Source: Vicugna vicugna
Lineage: Eukaryota
NCBI GenBank assembly: GCA_013265495.1
Contig: MU058844.1
Location: 1,963,520-2,027,519 of the forward strand
DNA: 64,000 nucleotides
Direction of reading: 5' to 3'
Below, in pieces: positions 12,565-25,524 of this stretch (positions are counted from its first letter, which is position 1; every line of letters starts with the position of its first letter). Both the position numbers and the translations under genes were made by a program. The notes under the pieces were generated by a model. That model made no database searches. It saw only the letters and a program-made list of their open reading frames with translations, and was not told the origin of the DNA.

Positions 12565-12600
12565 TATCGCCACCTAGTGGCAGGATTCTGAATTGTACTA
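12565..12600 (-). promoter_or_regulatory. CTCF motif (core plus possible upstream motif)
   Basis: The minus strand reads TACAATTCAGAATCCTG-CCACTAGGTGGCGATA. The core matches CCASYAGRKGGCR. Confidence 0.75.
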
Positions 12601-12784
12601 GCATACTCTTGAAAAAATAAGTTGTTCACACAACAGAGATTTCAAGTCATTCTCAACATGGATTTATTCACTTGTTTATTCTACAACTATTCGTTTAATC
12701 TGTCTTATGTATCCAGCACTGTTTTTTGTGGGGAACTCAACTAAACTGAGCTCTGTATCCTGATTTACACATATCCAATGCTGT

Positions 12785-13030
12785 CAATAGCCACCATTTA
12801 TTGAGCACTTACTATGTCCTGAGCCCTGGGCCAGGCAGCTTTTGTCCATTATCTCATTTGAATTTGACAACCAAGTTCAGAATTGTTATTCATTTCCTCA
12901 AATGAGGAATCTGAGGCTCAGAAAGGTAAGATATTTTTCCCACATTTAGTCAGTTAGTTGAAGAACTGCAGTTCAGTCCTAACCTGCCTGGTAAAAGATT
13001 CATGTTTATTCTACTTTACCACACAGTACC
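12785..13030 (-). mobile_element. MIR SINE
   Basis: 'catttattgagcacttactatgtcc...atctcatttgaat...atgaggaatctgaggctcagaaaggtaag'. Confidence 0.8.
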
Positions 13031-13105
13031 TTAAACAAGTCATTCATAAATATATTTATTGAACATATATTACCCTGTTTAGTTTATATATTTATTTAAG
13101 GTGTG

Positions 13106-13133
13106 GTGTGTGTGTGTGTGTGTGTGTGTGTGT
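13106..13133. repeat. (GT)n microsatellite
   Basis: Perfect dinucleotide run. Confidence 0.95.
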
Positions 13134-13184
13134 ATCTGTGTGTATCAACTATTATACCAGGGACAGTATTAGATAAGGGTGCAT

Positions 13185-13720
13185 CTGTGCATTCACAAAG
13201 TATTTACTAAGCGCCTGCTATTTGCCATACATTATGCTGAATGCTGACAATACAATGGTTGGCAAAAATATGTGAGCCTTGTCCTCAGTGTGTTTAGGGC
13301 CAAGTAGAGCAGAAGGACATTAATCAAATAATCACACTAATAAGAATGTATGCACAATTACAATCTAGAATATACTTTATTAGGAATGAAAGTTCCAGTG
13401 TGTGTATATGTATGTAAGAAAATCTAACTGCTCTTAAAAGTCCAAAACAGGTTTCCCCAAGGATACACTGTTTCAGCTGAGATCTGAAGAATGAAAATAA
13501 CTTATATGTATGTATTTAGAGAAGTCATTGACAGGGATATGTGGGTAGGTGAGAGGAGTGTTCCAGACAGCAGGGACAGCATGTGTAAATGCCCCGTGGT
13601 AGAAGGGAAAAATGCATAGCCAGGTAAGAGAGAAAAGAGGTAGTGTAGGGCCAAATGTGACTGGAGAATTAGAGAAATAGGTAGATAAGCTAGAAGACCA
13701 CTCCAAAGATTCACCTATGA
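13185..13720 (-). mobile_element. L2 3' fragment
   Basis: 'cattcacaaagtatttactaagcgcctgctatttgcca...gttccagacagcagggacagcatgtgtaaatgccc'. Confidence 0.75.
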
Positions 13721-14045
13721 TGCAGTGTATTTTCACCAGTATCATAGCACAGGAGCTGTCCATCTGCACCTAGCTATTGCAAAGGGAAGTCCTCCAGTGC
13801 TGGGGGAAAGAAAAGTTAGTAGACACCCAGGGCAACCTCAGTGTATGGTCCTTACTGGGGCTGAGCCTGGGCAGTTGGCCATATGCTGACTCAATTTCCC
13901 TACAGTCTCTGGAAATACAAGCAACGTCTTTCATGAGTGGCTTTATTCTATGGCACTTTTCATTCATGTCCATGTGGCGCCTTCATATCCACTCCAACAA
14001 ACAGAACCCCAACATCATCACTCCTCTTATCTCTACCCTCTTTGT

Positions 14046-14810
14046 ATTTTCTTTCTTTTTAAGTGAAATAGGGTTAATTTACAATGTTGCAGGTGTAAAG
14101 CAAAGCGATTCAGTTGTGTGTATATATATATTCTTCTTCAGGTTCTTTGTCATTATAGGTTATTACAAGATTTTGAATACAGTTCCCTGTCCTATACAGT
14201 AGGACCTAGTTGTTTATCTGTTTTATCTTTTGTAGTGAGTATCTGTTAATCCCAAATTCCTAATTTATCCTTCCCTGTCCCTTTCTCCTTTGGAAACCAT
14301 AGTTTGTTTTCTGTGCCTATGAGTCTATTTCTGTTTTGTAAATAAGTTCATTTGCACCATTTTTAGGTTGATTCTATATATAATTGATAGTATATGATAT
14401 TTATCTTTCCCTGTCTGACTTACTTCCTTCAGTGTGATAATCTCCAGGTCCATCCATGTTGCTGCAAATGGAATTATTTCATTATTTTTTATAGTGGAGT
14501 AATATTCCATTGTGTGTGTATGTATGTATATATACACACACATCACATCTTTATCCATTCCTCTGTCAGTGGACATTTAGATTGCTTCCATATCTTGGCT
14601 GTTGTATATAGTGCTGTATGAACATTGGGATGCATGTGTCTTTTCAAATTAGTTTTTGTCTTTTCTGTATATATGCCCAGGAGTGGGATTTCTGTATTAT
14701 ATGGTAACTCTATTTTTAGTTTTTTAAGGAACCTCCATACTGTTCTTCACAGTGGCTGCACCAATTTACATTCCCACCAACAGTGCAGGAGGGTCCTCTT
14801 TTCTTCACCC
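14046..14810 (-). mobile_element. 5'-truncated L1 (ORF2 end plus 3' UTR), cetartiodactyl type, comparatively young
   Basis: 'atacagtaggacctagttgtttatc', 'tgttttgtaaataagttcatttg' and 'ccatccatgttgctgcaaatgg'. ORF 14325-14576(-) includes EYYSTIKNNEIIPFAATWMDLE, similar to the L1 ORF2 C-terminus. Confidence 0.92.
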
Positions 14811-15925
14811 CATCTTATTTCTTCTTTTCCTCTACTAACTGGAAGATTTTTTTTCTAACCCACTACTTCCCCAATGCTAGAATGAAAATTTAGGTGCCTT
14901 TCTTATGTTAAAAAGACACCTCTTTTTTTCTCTAGTTTCTGTCTGATCACACATCTCTCCAGATACACTGGGCACAACTCCACATGGAGAAAGAGAGGGG
15001 CATGAAAATGAATTACTAGGGGGAAAAAAATATTATGAGATGCCTTAAAACATCATCCTTCCGTATCTCCTCAAAAAACCATGCCTCTGCAAAATGATGT
15101 GGAGTTCTCTAGATGTTTGGCTTTTGTAGAAAGTGTGGAAGTGTCTTGAACCAGTTTCTCCAGGACATTAATTTCCTCTCTCAAAGCAGTTTAAGACAGC
15201 ATGAGTGATACTTCCCCCAACTTCTCTAAGAGTCAAGTGAGTGAATGTAAACTGCTTTTTTTGAGGATAACTGCTTATTTCCTCAGGCATATTCCTGGGG
15301 TAGAGGACCCTCTCCCAAAGTTGGTTTTCCTCATTCCTTTGGTTTATCTCTGCCTTGTCTTGCTGATCAGCCACTCTGCAGTGGGATTTGAGACCTACCC
15401 ATAGGCCAGCATGTGGCACTCCCTCTGCTATTGTAGTTGGTTTACTAATTCCTTGGTGCATCAGAGTTAGAAGTTCCTGTGTTTTCTCAGAAAGCTGTTA
15501 ACATCCTTGTTCAACTCTCTTAATAAGAATAGTTTTCTTTCTAAATCATCCTATACATGAAAACTCACCCCTACCCCAGTGAAGTTCCTTTACTTGAACA
15601 GATCAATTTTTTTCCTGCCCTTTGACTCTCCTGTTAGAATTTAGAAAGGAGGTGGGATTCCTGCCAGCAGCTCTTTTTCTCTAATCCAGAAGTCCCCAGT
15701 GTAGAGCAATACTCTGTCCTCTCCTCACAGAACCTGACACTTTTACCCTGACATCACAGCATTGCTTTTTGTGGGCTTCATTGCACTAAGCTGTGTTAGA
15801 GCTTAGAAAGTTCAGTTTCTGTAACACACTCTTAAAGCCAACTGAACACTGAAAAAGATTCTCCCACATCACTCTTCTGTCATCCACCTCGAAGCAGAGA
15901 TCAAGAGCAAACCAGGATCTTCCTG

Positions 15926-15931
<6 letters not shown>

Positions 15932-15957
<26 letters not shown>
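15932..15957 (+). repeat. Poly(A) tract (A26)
   Basis: Homopolymer run. Confidence 0.95.
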
Positions 15958-15960
<3 letters not shown>

Positions 15961-16494
15961 TGAAATCCAGTGGCATCATTATGAGAATATTTGAGGAGAG
16001 CCAGGTGCCACGGGGAAGTGTCCACATGTCAAGTAGAATTTGCTTTTAATAATTGATTTATTCCATCATTACAAGTTTCCAACTCTCTGGTTCCAAAGAT
16101 TAGAGATGTACACACAGCTAACTCTATGGGGTTTTGCACTGAATAGATTCCAGACCAGGTAAAAGCAAGGGGAACAAAATCTTCAGCTGGATGATAAGGC
16201 ATAAATTTTGCATTTGGACTTGATTGATTTGGGGGGCCAAAAATCTTGACTTAAATTTATCCTAAAGCTCTCTTCCTGGACAGAGTACCCAAACCAGGAA
16301 GTAGTATTTACAGAACAGCATACTTTTCTACTTTTCTTGTCCTAAACACTAAGATTCTTAAAACGGCATTTCATTTTGGGCTGCTCCAGTCTTCAGCCAA
16401 AATTTGGGGATCTTGGTGACAAAACTGATGCTTCTGCCCTCTCCCTTTGTCATCTCCGTTAGACACCTTCCTTTCTTATATCCCTAACTTAGGA

Positions 16495-17018
16495 GGAGAG
16501 ATTTTGGCTAGTTGTCCTCTGAATATCCATTCTCCACTCATTTCATAGTAATAGAACCCCAAACTAATTTGAGTCAGTACTGTATCTAGCTGAAAGACTA
16601 CATCTCCCAGCATCCCTTTCAGCCAGATAAGACAAGTGACTTTGTTCTAGCCAATGGTATTAAGTAGAATTTTCTGGTAAGGATTTTTAGGGAAGCTTCT
16701 TTTAAAAAAATGACATGCAACTAAGAAAAATCTGATTTTCCCTTCTGTTTTTCCTTCTTTCCATCTTGGCATGTAGAAGTGATGCCTGGGTGTTCTGTAG
16801 CTATTTTGGACTAGGAGGTGACCTTGAGGATAGAAGCCTCATGCAGAAGATGATGAAATGGAAAGATGGGAGAAGACTCCATGGAGATAGTTCAGCAGCC
16901 CTGGACTTTGCCTTCCGGGTTTATTTTACATGAGGAAGAATTAAATTTCCTTCTCTATAGACAGCTGTTATTTCTAGTCTCTGTTTCAAGCTGCCAGCAT
17001 AATTCTTAACTTGTATAC
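16495..17018 (+). mobile_element. MLT1I/J-like MaLR solo LTR
   Basis: 'aatatccattctcc...agtaatagaacccc...aagactacatctcccagcatccctt...gttctagccaatg...cagcagccctggact'. Confidence 0.8.
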
Positions 17019-18299
17019 TGAGAGTGTGGAACAGGATCTAATGCAGGGTGGGTGATACTTACCTCTGTGGGTAATCGGGGAGGCACCTCAAGCTTTTGCT
17101 TACAAAGCTAGAGCGAGCCCCCTTTTACTCTCAGAAATACATACTGGCCCTTTGGCATCCTAGACTTTCCTGACCTCCTCCCTGGTAATATTCACTCTCC
17201 TGAATGCGGTGTTTGCAGATTGTGCACCTGCATTTCTGAATTAAATACTAGAAGTACAGACTGCTACTATGACTGTGTGTCATTGCCATTTGGAAAATTA
17301 AGCATTGCACATGAATTGTTGTTATGCCATAATCCAAAAAGTTCCCCACAGACTTTTCTGTGATGGAAAGTTTTGGGGCCAGAAATATTAACCTGAGAAG
17401 AGGATAGTATGTCTGACATTCAGAAAAATCCCAGTTGGTGAACACTACGGGCAGGCCCATGCTTCTCTGGACTGAAAATGAGCATCTGAAGAGTGTGGTA
17501 GGATTAACACAGGGGCTTCAAGGAAGGAGGCAGAGAAGTAGGAATGAGCTCCAGCTGCGTTTCACCTTTTCCTTCCCCCAGCCTGACTGGTAACTGAGAA
17601 ATCCGAAACCTCCTATAGGAGCCACAATCCCCCTCCCTAAAAGCATTTATTCCCTTTAGTTCGTGGGTCCAAGCACACTGCTGGTCACTGATATTTTTTC
17701 AGATGTAGTGATTTCTCCTTTTGGGACACTGTATATGCTTAGTGTTCTTCACAGGGCTTTGCCGGAATGGGCAATCACCAAAGGACAATTTCAAGCCTTT
17801 AATTTCAAGGCAGCTGACACCTCGAGGTGTTGTTATTTGTGTCCTTTCAGAGTTCTGCCAGGACTAATTATGTCACTAAAGAGACTAACACTACAAAGTA
17901 ATTCATATTCCCCAATAATCTTTTCCGTTAATTAATGAACCCTGACAGTGGTCAAAGAAATAATTATGAGCATCCTTTTAAGACTGAGAGAATCCCTCAG
18001 GGTATATGTATGTAAACAATTCATTTGCTTTTGTTTTGCCCTCATTGGTCATATGTATTTGATAATACCCAGTTCTCAGGGTCAACCTGATAACCAGTTG
18101 GTCTCAAAGACACTGTCCAAGGCCACTTGGTCTCAGGGTACATTTACAGGTCTGTGAAATTCTACAATGTAGGAAGGTCTCAATGTATCTGCATTTTGTC
18201 ATCTTTCTTATGAACCACCATGATGGTAGATGCCTGAGAGGTACCAGATGGAGAACCAGGCAGTTCATTAGTATCCTCTGATTAGGATCTCCCAAGTCC

Positions 18300-18510
18300 T
18301 TGATTCCAAGCAATGCAATCTTTCGGAGTTCTAGCTTGGAACTGGCAAACTGTTATTCTTCTGCATTCTATTGGCCAGAGAAGTCACATGGCTAACTCAG
18401 ATTCAAGGAATGGGGAAATAGACTGGATGGGAGGAGGTCCAAAGTCTCATTGCAAAGAACACAAAAAAGGGAGGCAAGAGCAGCTGGGGCCATGCCTACA
18501 ATCAGTCTAG
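18300..18510 (-). mobile_element. Old MLT1 (H/K-like) LTR fragment
   Basis: 'cattctattggccagagaagtcacatggctaactcagattcaaggaatggggaaatagact'. Confidence 0.65.
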
Positions 18511-18832
18511 TGCACTAAGATGGCATAAGGTGCCAAGGGAGCAGAGAGGACATGCCTATATTTCAGGAAAGGAAGTCAGGAGACATTTCCGAGAGGATAT
18601 AATTTACAGGATTCATCTAGAATGGTAGTTGTCATTGACAAAGAGAAGATACAAAACCAGGGGAGGGGATAGCCCTTCATGGCAAAAGGAGTGACCTAAG
18701 GAGGCATGAAATCAGGACACAGTACCTTTCTGAAAATGATACTGCTTGTGGTGGGCAAATGAAGGAGAGAAGCTCAAAACAAGTTTTTAGAATACAGTCT
18801 GGAAATTTCCTATTCCCTTAGTCAAAGGAAAT

Positions 18833-18872
18833 TGCTTGCTTGCTTGCTTTTCTTTTCTTTTCTTTTCTTTTT
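18833..18872. repeat. Compound (TTGC)n(TTTTC)n microsatellite
   Basis: Direct reading. Confidence 0.85.
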
Positions 18873-19599
18873 TGGATTATTTTGTTACCTTGTTGTTTGA
18901 CTAAACGTAAATTTTTCTATTCTCCTTGACATGGAGAAGCATAGGAAAACACACCTTGGAAGAATGTAATTATAGCCTTGCACTGTACACGGAAATGTCC
19001 TTTTGACAGAGTTGTCTGTACTGCTATGTTTTGAAGGACTAATGATCACTTCTCCTGAGATGGCCCAGAAGGGAGCCATTTGGAATGAGCCATGTGTGGA
19101 TAGATGACCATCAATCAGTCTGTCTAAAAAGCAGTTCTCTGAATGTCAGAGGATGCTGAGGAAGACTAGAAGGCATTTGAAAAGAGAAAAGTATGACTTC
19201 TGGGACATAAAGGTGTTTTTTTATCCCCCAAATACTCAATGTGATGAGAGCAAGGGAGAAAAAAACTCCAGAAGTCGTTAATACATAGAACTGAAGGACA
19301 GATATGTAATACAGAAATCAACAAAATGATTAGCCTAGATGACCTTTCGTGAAACCGTTCAGTTCTCATCATCTTCTATTGGCTCTTTAGATGATACACC
19401 ATGATTTCAAATAATCTTAGTTTTCATAACTGCAAACAAAATATCAAATTTTGTTATAACTTATGAAGTATTGGCTCCAAACCAGATTACTTTGTCATTT
19501 GTTCCAGACCTGGAATATTTCTATAACTATAGGATGATACTGTTCTTTTTAAATAGTTTTTTTTTTCCAGTGTTTCAACATTCCACATCTGGAATTTCT

Positions 19600-19966
19600 A
19601 CCTCTATCCTATCCCCATCTTTTTCTCTGGTGTACCACTAGTATTTCTTTGAAACTTAATTCAAGTTTATTTTTTTCCTATATAAAATGTTTTCTGTCTC
19701 TGTGATCCCTCTCCACCCCAACTTTGCAGAAATGAACTCTCTCCTTTTAAGTGCAAGCACCAAAGTCGGTATCAGTCTCTACTCCAGTATCTGTTATCAC
19801 AACATACTGCATGTGTTACTGTCTGTCTTCACTATAAGACTGTGGTTTCCTCCAGAGTAAAGTCTGTGTTTTCTTGGTCTTTGTGTCCCCTCTCCCTATG
19901 GTGGGGATACAGCAGCCACCCCAATACACACTCGTGGATGTGAGCTACGCATAAATGAGTGAGTGA
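19600..19966 (+). mobile_element. L2 3' end
   Basis: 'gtctgtcttcactataagactgtggtttcctccagagtaaagtctgtg...aaatgagtgagtga'. Confidence 0.6.
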
Positions 19967-20445
19967 CTTTCAACTGCAAGTGCAGCTTTGATTGAGATGC
20001 ATCTGTTTCCCTACCAAATATACAAATATATTAACCTAGATTTCTTTTTGAATAATGTATTGTTTATAAAGCCCTTTTACATACTCATTCATTCAAATTG
20101 ATGCTTAGAACAGTCACATCATCCCCGTTTTAAACATAAGAACACTCAGGTCCATAGGAAGTTATGTAGTTAGGTGAAAGAAGACTCAAAACACTCAGCC
20201 ACAGCCTCACACCCCATAGTTCACACTGTTGAGGGAAATAGCAACAGAACAGGATGCACAGTGCAGTTAACTCTTTGTAACATAAAGTTTGGGTCATTTC
20301 TCTCTTTTTTTATTTTTGGATTCACTTTTCTTATGTACAAGTAAGGGAAGTAGACCAGGTAACTCCTGAGTTCCCTTCAACTCTACCTTTCTTAAGAAAG
20401 CTAGTAACACCGATTAAAACCTCGGCATCTGGGCGCCTCATTAAC

Positions 20446-20464
20446 TGACCACCAGATGGCGCTG
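20446..20464 (+). promoter_or_regulatory. CTCF motif
   Basis: TGACCACCAGATGGCGCTG is an essentially perfect core, set in a locally CpG-rich patch. Confidence 0.8.
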
Positions 20465-23379
20465 CAGCTCAACTCAGTGCCCGGGGCTGCGATCCCAGCA
20501 TCTGAGGAAAGCTATGACCGCGGCAATTTCCCCCAGACAGAAGTTTATGAAAGATATTGTATTACAGTTGAGAATTCACCACATCTTTTCCCAAATGTGA
20601 CTTCCTGGATTTCCTTTGTTGAGAAAATGTTTTAGGTTGCTAGCTGTCCTTAAACACAAGCAAGAGGAACAGCCAACTTGAGGCCATTCCTGGAACACAG
20701 ATGAAGAAAGGCGCTCATGTGAATGATGAAAGATGAAGTATAATATCCCTGCTAGGGCAACCTCACCGGCTGTAAAAATGCAAAGTTAAACTCTGTGGAT
20801 CTTCATTAGACCCTAGACTTCATGACTGCAGACACGGGTAGTTCATTGTTGAATCCCTAATAGATACGTACAGAGTGAGTAAATGTGCTAAGCATCACTT
20901 GTTCATAGGAGCTCCTGTCCCCACCCTCCACAACTCATCTCTGGTTGTGAGAATGACTTATAGACTATTGTCTTGTAACATCTACTGCATCTTAAAACCC
21001 TTTGTTACAACAACTAGCCACTGCAGAAATTAGTGCCTGGATGTTGGTCATTATTATAACAAAAAACATGTGGCTATTGATTAGTGGTGCAACAGTGAAT
21101 GGTAAACAAATAGCTATTCAGCCTGGAGACCTGGTGATGCTGGGATATACTTTGGCAAAACATCTGGTAAAAGTACAGCTTGTGATATTTGAGGCAGAAC
21201 TTTAGCCTCCACAGCCTGTAGCTAACTCCAGGGGAACAGCTGAAGAAAAAGGGAAGTGACTTCTCCAAATGCATGCACATGGTTGGACTAGAACTTAAGT
21301 CTCTGGTTCGTTGTTCTCTGAGTTAAATACGGAAGGAAGTGCCCCTGATCCCCCACGACAGGAATATATGCTCTTCTAATATATGCTCTTCTTAAAGGTG
21401 TTCATCTCCACTTCATTTAAACTAAAATGTATTCCCATAGGATATGCAAATATTATTTGTTTGATGAATATTTTCTCGTTTCATTAGCATCATAAATATA
21501 AAGATACATTTCTTTGGGGATGTTAATAGATGAAATGAGACTTACCAACTTACTTCTCACTGGTGACGTCCTGTTACTTGTCAACTAACAATGATTTGAA
21601 ACAGTGCTGGAAAATGAGCACTGTAAGTGCCTTTGCTCCCCTACCCTCCACCAAGGCCTCTGCAGTCCTTCTCCTCGTCTTTGTCATCAGTCAACAGACA
21701 TGACTGTTTCTTCAAAGCACTGTTTCAGAGTAAGCCTCAGCTTATTTTCAAAATCTTTCTCAACCCATCCTCTGGTCAGCTCTACTTACTAACAGGGTCA
21801 ACATAGGATAGGAGATTAAATCCATTTGGCTTGTGGTGGGTCCAGGAGAGTTTACATTGAATAGGTTCATTTTTAAGACAGAGTGACTCTAAAGGTAAAA
21901 TTTCCCAGCATACAAGAAGACAGATGTGAAGGCAGCGTTTCCACCATTTTCACAAAGCCAGCCAGGGACTTCCACCTCTTCGTACTGGCAAAGATAGATC
22001 TGTGTTTGATTTCCCGTGAGTACCATCTATTTGAGTTCCAAGGGTCTGAGATTTCACAGCCATTTTCCAGGACCAGAAAACTATTTCATTTTACCAGCTA
22101 CCAGCATTGACCTCACACTGAGTTGATAAATAGTGAGATTTGAGAGCGAACATTCAAGAATAACTACTATTTAGGATTTTGTAATTGTTCTCCTTAGCAA
22201 GATTTACGTGTGGCCAAGTGTGGCATTCCACTAGTGTAACGCCCTTCCATACCGATTCTCAGAAGAACTGGAAAGCTCATCTTTGAAAAGTGAGGAACCA
22301 TCATCATTCTTTGCATTTCACCTTGACATTTGGCATTCACCTTGGAATTTTTTTTTCACTGTCTTTTTATTCCAGTTTTTCACTGACTATGGACTGCTAA
22401 TACCATTATTTTGTTATTTCAAAGTAAAGAATGTTCTATTGCTTTGGGGGGAATATTCAGCAACCCAAGCCTACAATTAGTGTTTCTAGGCATATGCCAA
22501 TTTCTCTTTTTCCTTTTCATTTTAAATTGGAAGATCCCAAGTCAGTACACCAAAATCACTTTTTGTTTTTTTAAGGTTATTTGGACAGTACCTTTGTCAA
22601 AATTATTTAAATAGCTAATCAGAAAATATTTTTTCCTCTAAATAAATCAAAATATCTCCCCTCTTGAGATCAAATTTATACTAGGAAACGTGAAAACTCA
22701 CAAAGGCTAGAATTATGTAGTTTGAAGAAAAATATTTTTTAAAACTATTGAATTTTACATTCTGGAAGGATTTACATGTTAGAGTATTTTAAACAGAATT
22801 CCAGATATCTTTTACTGCAATACTATAGCTTTAGAAACAGGGAAGAAGAAAATTAAATTTGATTTAGTTTAATATTTTTGATTTAGGTTAATTCAAGAAT
22901 TACAAATCAGTACCTACATTCTGTGCAACCTAAAATAAAAAGGATATGCAAGATGTGCAATGAATTGCAACCTTCTGAAACTGATGGGCAGGCCCTAAGG
23001 TACCCAGCTCCCAAGAAAAGGGACAACAGGAGCTAAGAGCCTCTAGCCAAGTTCTGCAGGACTGGGTTTCACTGAGATTTTTAGGAGAGCAGCAGCAGTT
23101 AACCCTAATGATGTGATATTGGAGCCAGGGACTGTAGGAGAAATTCATTTGTCTTTTACTTTCGCAACTAGCAATTTTATTAAGAATGCAAAATCTGTCT
23201 ATCTGATAATGCTTTTTAGATTTGTCTTCAACTAATAAACCAATGACTAGTTTGGTATAATATAACAAGGATTTAGGGTACCTAGATCCATAACTATTTT
23301 GCAGTCTTCAGGCATCAGTAGAATTATCTCTCCTTACTCATGTGCAAAATGCGGAAGTTGGGTTACTCCTATGGTCTGA

Positions 23380-23590
23380 GAGTGGTTTAGTGAAGATAGC
23401 AGGAAACACTGAATTCAGTTAGATATATGTTAGAATTTCAGCTCTGCTGCATTTTCCACATAGTACTTCTGTCTTTATTTTTTGATAAATAAGTTGGAGG
23501 TAGGAGTATCTACCTCTAAGCATTGGGAGGATTAAGGGAGTTAGCAGAAGTAAGGCTGCTGGCACACAGGGAAACGGCAGCTGTTATCAC
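23380..23590 (+). mobile_element. MIR SINE
   Basis: 'tctacctctaagcattgggaggattaagggagttagcagaagtaaggctgctggcacacag'. Confidence 0.6.
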
Positions 23591-24419
23591 CGCAGGTCTA
23601 ATACTGCCCCTCTCTCTGCAGACGTCTTCTCTCAACTCTGTTCTACCACCACCATCATATTCCTAAATTCTCTGCGATTGGAAATGTCTTCAGTCTGTGT
23701 AGAGCTAGGTGAAACCCACAGATCCACGAGCTGGAAAAGAGTAGAAATTAAAAAAATAAAAAACCAAAAACCAACAATTGGGAAATAAACTGTAGGAGGC
23801 ACAGAATGAGGTCTGTATTTGAGGGAAGCACCTCCTCTGCTCCTTTCTCAACTGTGTCTATGGCAATAATTCCATCCATCCATTTGCTCACTCAATAAGC
23901 ATTGATTAAGCTTTGACTATGTACCAGGTTCTTGTCGGTTTTCCCTGACCTACTTCTTTCCTGAGCCAGTGTGGACTGAAAATTTGTTTTACAAGTTTAA
24001 GTGGTGAATATTTCGGTGCCAATTGTTATGTAATTATGATTTTCTCATTTCTAAACACTAAGGCAGCTTTTCTTTATTTACCTCCAGACTATTACATGAC
24101 ATATGGTTTGTTCTTTGGATATTTTCTTCACACTTTCCTAATTAGATTAACTTTGTCTTCAAACTTCTTATTTAGAGTATCTGCCAAGACTGTGTTCTGG
24201 TTTCTTGTATTTTTGAATGTGAAAATAAATCTATTCCAAGTTTTTGTGACCATTTCCTCCAGTCAGATCTTATCCCTTTTGCATTTGCTTTGAAAGGTGC
24301 TGCAACTATTAGGAATTCAAAGTTCCCAGTATTGGGGAATTGCCACTTGAAAAAAAAAAAGGAGGATCTATAGAACTCCTTCATTGCTCATGTTTATAAA
24401 GTCTTGTGCATAAGACAGG

Positions 24420-24635
24420 CTAGTAGTGAAGATGCACAGAGTCTGGCCCCAGGGTTTATCAGTGATGTGTTATGAAAAAAGATGTGATAGCTCTGGCCCT
24501 CAGTTTCCACATCTTAAAAACTGGAAAATAATAATATCTTATTTCTCAATGAGAGTATTGAACAATAGAATTAGATAGCTATGTATGAGAGCCTTGATAA
24601 CTATAAGGTGCTTTCCAGCAGGTATCAGCAGTTAC
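24420..24635 (+). mobile_element. MIR SINE
   Basis: 'ctctggccctcagtttccacatcttaaaaactggaaaataataat'. Confidence 0.7.
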
Positions 24636-25524
24636 CACGTCCTGTCTGAACTAGGCTAGACCACTAAAGATGGTCTGGATTTGAGCATTAGGGAGAATGA
24701 TGACTTGGAATAGATTTGGGTTACTGGTGAGTCAGCAAACAGGCACTGCAAAGAATAAACACATGGTCAAGGACACCACCAAGCAGACCTGACTCCGAGG
24801 TCCCTCCATTTGCCTGCACAGAGGGGTGTCCTGTGCTACAAAATCAGATCTAGCCGGCCTCACAGAGTAGGGACTGTACAGAAATAGAGCACCCAGGACT
24901 GTAGGACTCCCATCTTTCATGTATCATTTTTCCTGGAGGGATGGGGAAGGGAGGTTGTGCACATTGGCACGCAGTGGGAAGGCCTATCCACAAAAGGAAG
25001 TTCTTGCTGCACCACTAACGCAGGCACCCACAAACCATTTCTTTCTGTGTTATGGGGACTTCTTGAAGTTTCAGTCGTCTGGCCAGTTTTATCTGATCAC
25101 TGTGCCCTGCCGAGGGACTTCAGAGAAAAAGGAAGATTGAGGCTTTGACTTCAGCCTAAGGGAGGTTACTGAGTGTAAGCAGTAGGGGAAGACAAGGTGT
25201 GCAGGCAACCACCTAGTAAACATGAGACATGGCAGAGACACACAGATACAAAACCAAGCCTGAGTCTGGAGTAAATTAGACCAACAGTGGAGCTGTCACT
25301 TATTGATTCATTTATTTACCTGTTTCTTTATTGCCCTTAGATTCCTCCAGCTCTTCAGTCATGCACCACTCTGAGCAGATTCTCCTCACCCCAGTTTCCC
25401 TCTCTGCCCTAGATTAAATTCATCACAGCTGCTTCAGGGACCATAAATGCCCACTGTCCACAATCTGCACTGATCTTCAAGATCAGTCTCCCAAGGTACT
25501 GAATACCTGTCCATGAAATGCAAG

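Noticed and set aside
15870..15960. A26 tract as the tail of a processed pseudogene or SINE
   Set aside because: No polyadenylation signal, Pol III boxes, TSD or recognisable ORF upstream.
21909..22015. Possible plus-strand coding exon (cccag|...|gtgagt, 107 nt)
   Set aside because: Weak pyrimidine tract, only one open frame, no recognisable peptide and no partner exons.
25469..25487. Palindrome actgatctt-c-aagatcagt
   Set aside because: 9-bp arms are expected by chance in 64 kb of AT-rich DNA once several spacer lengths are allowed.
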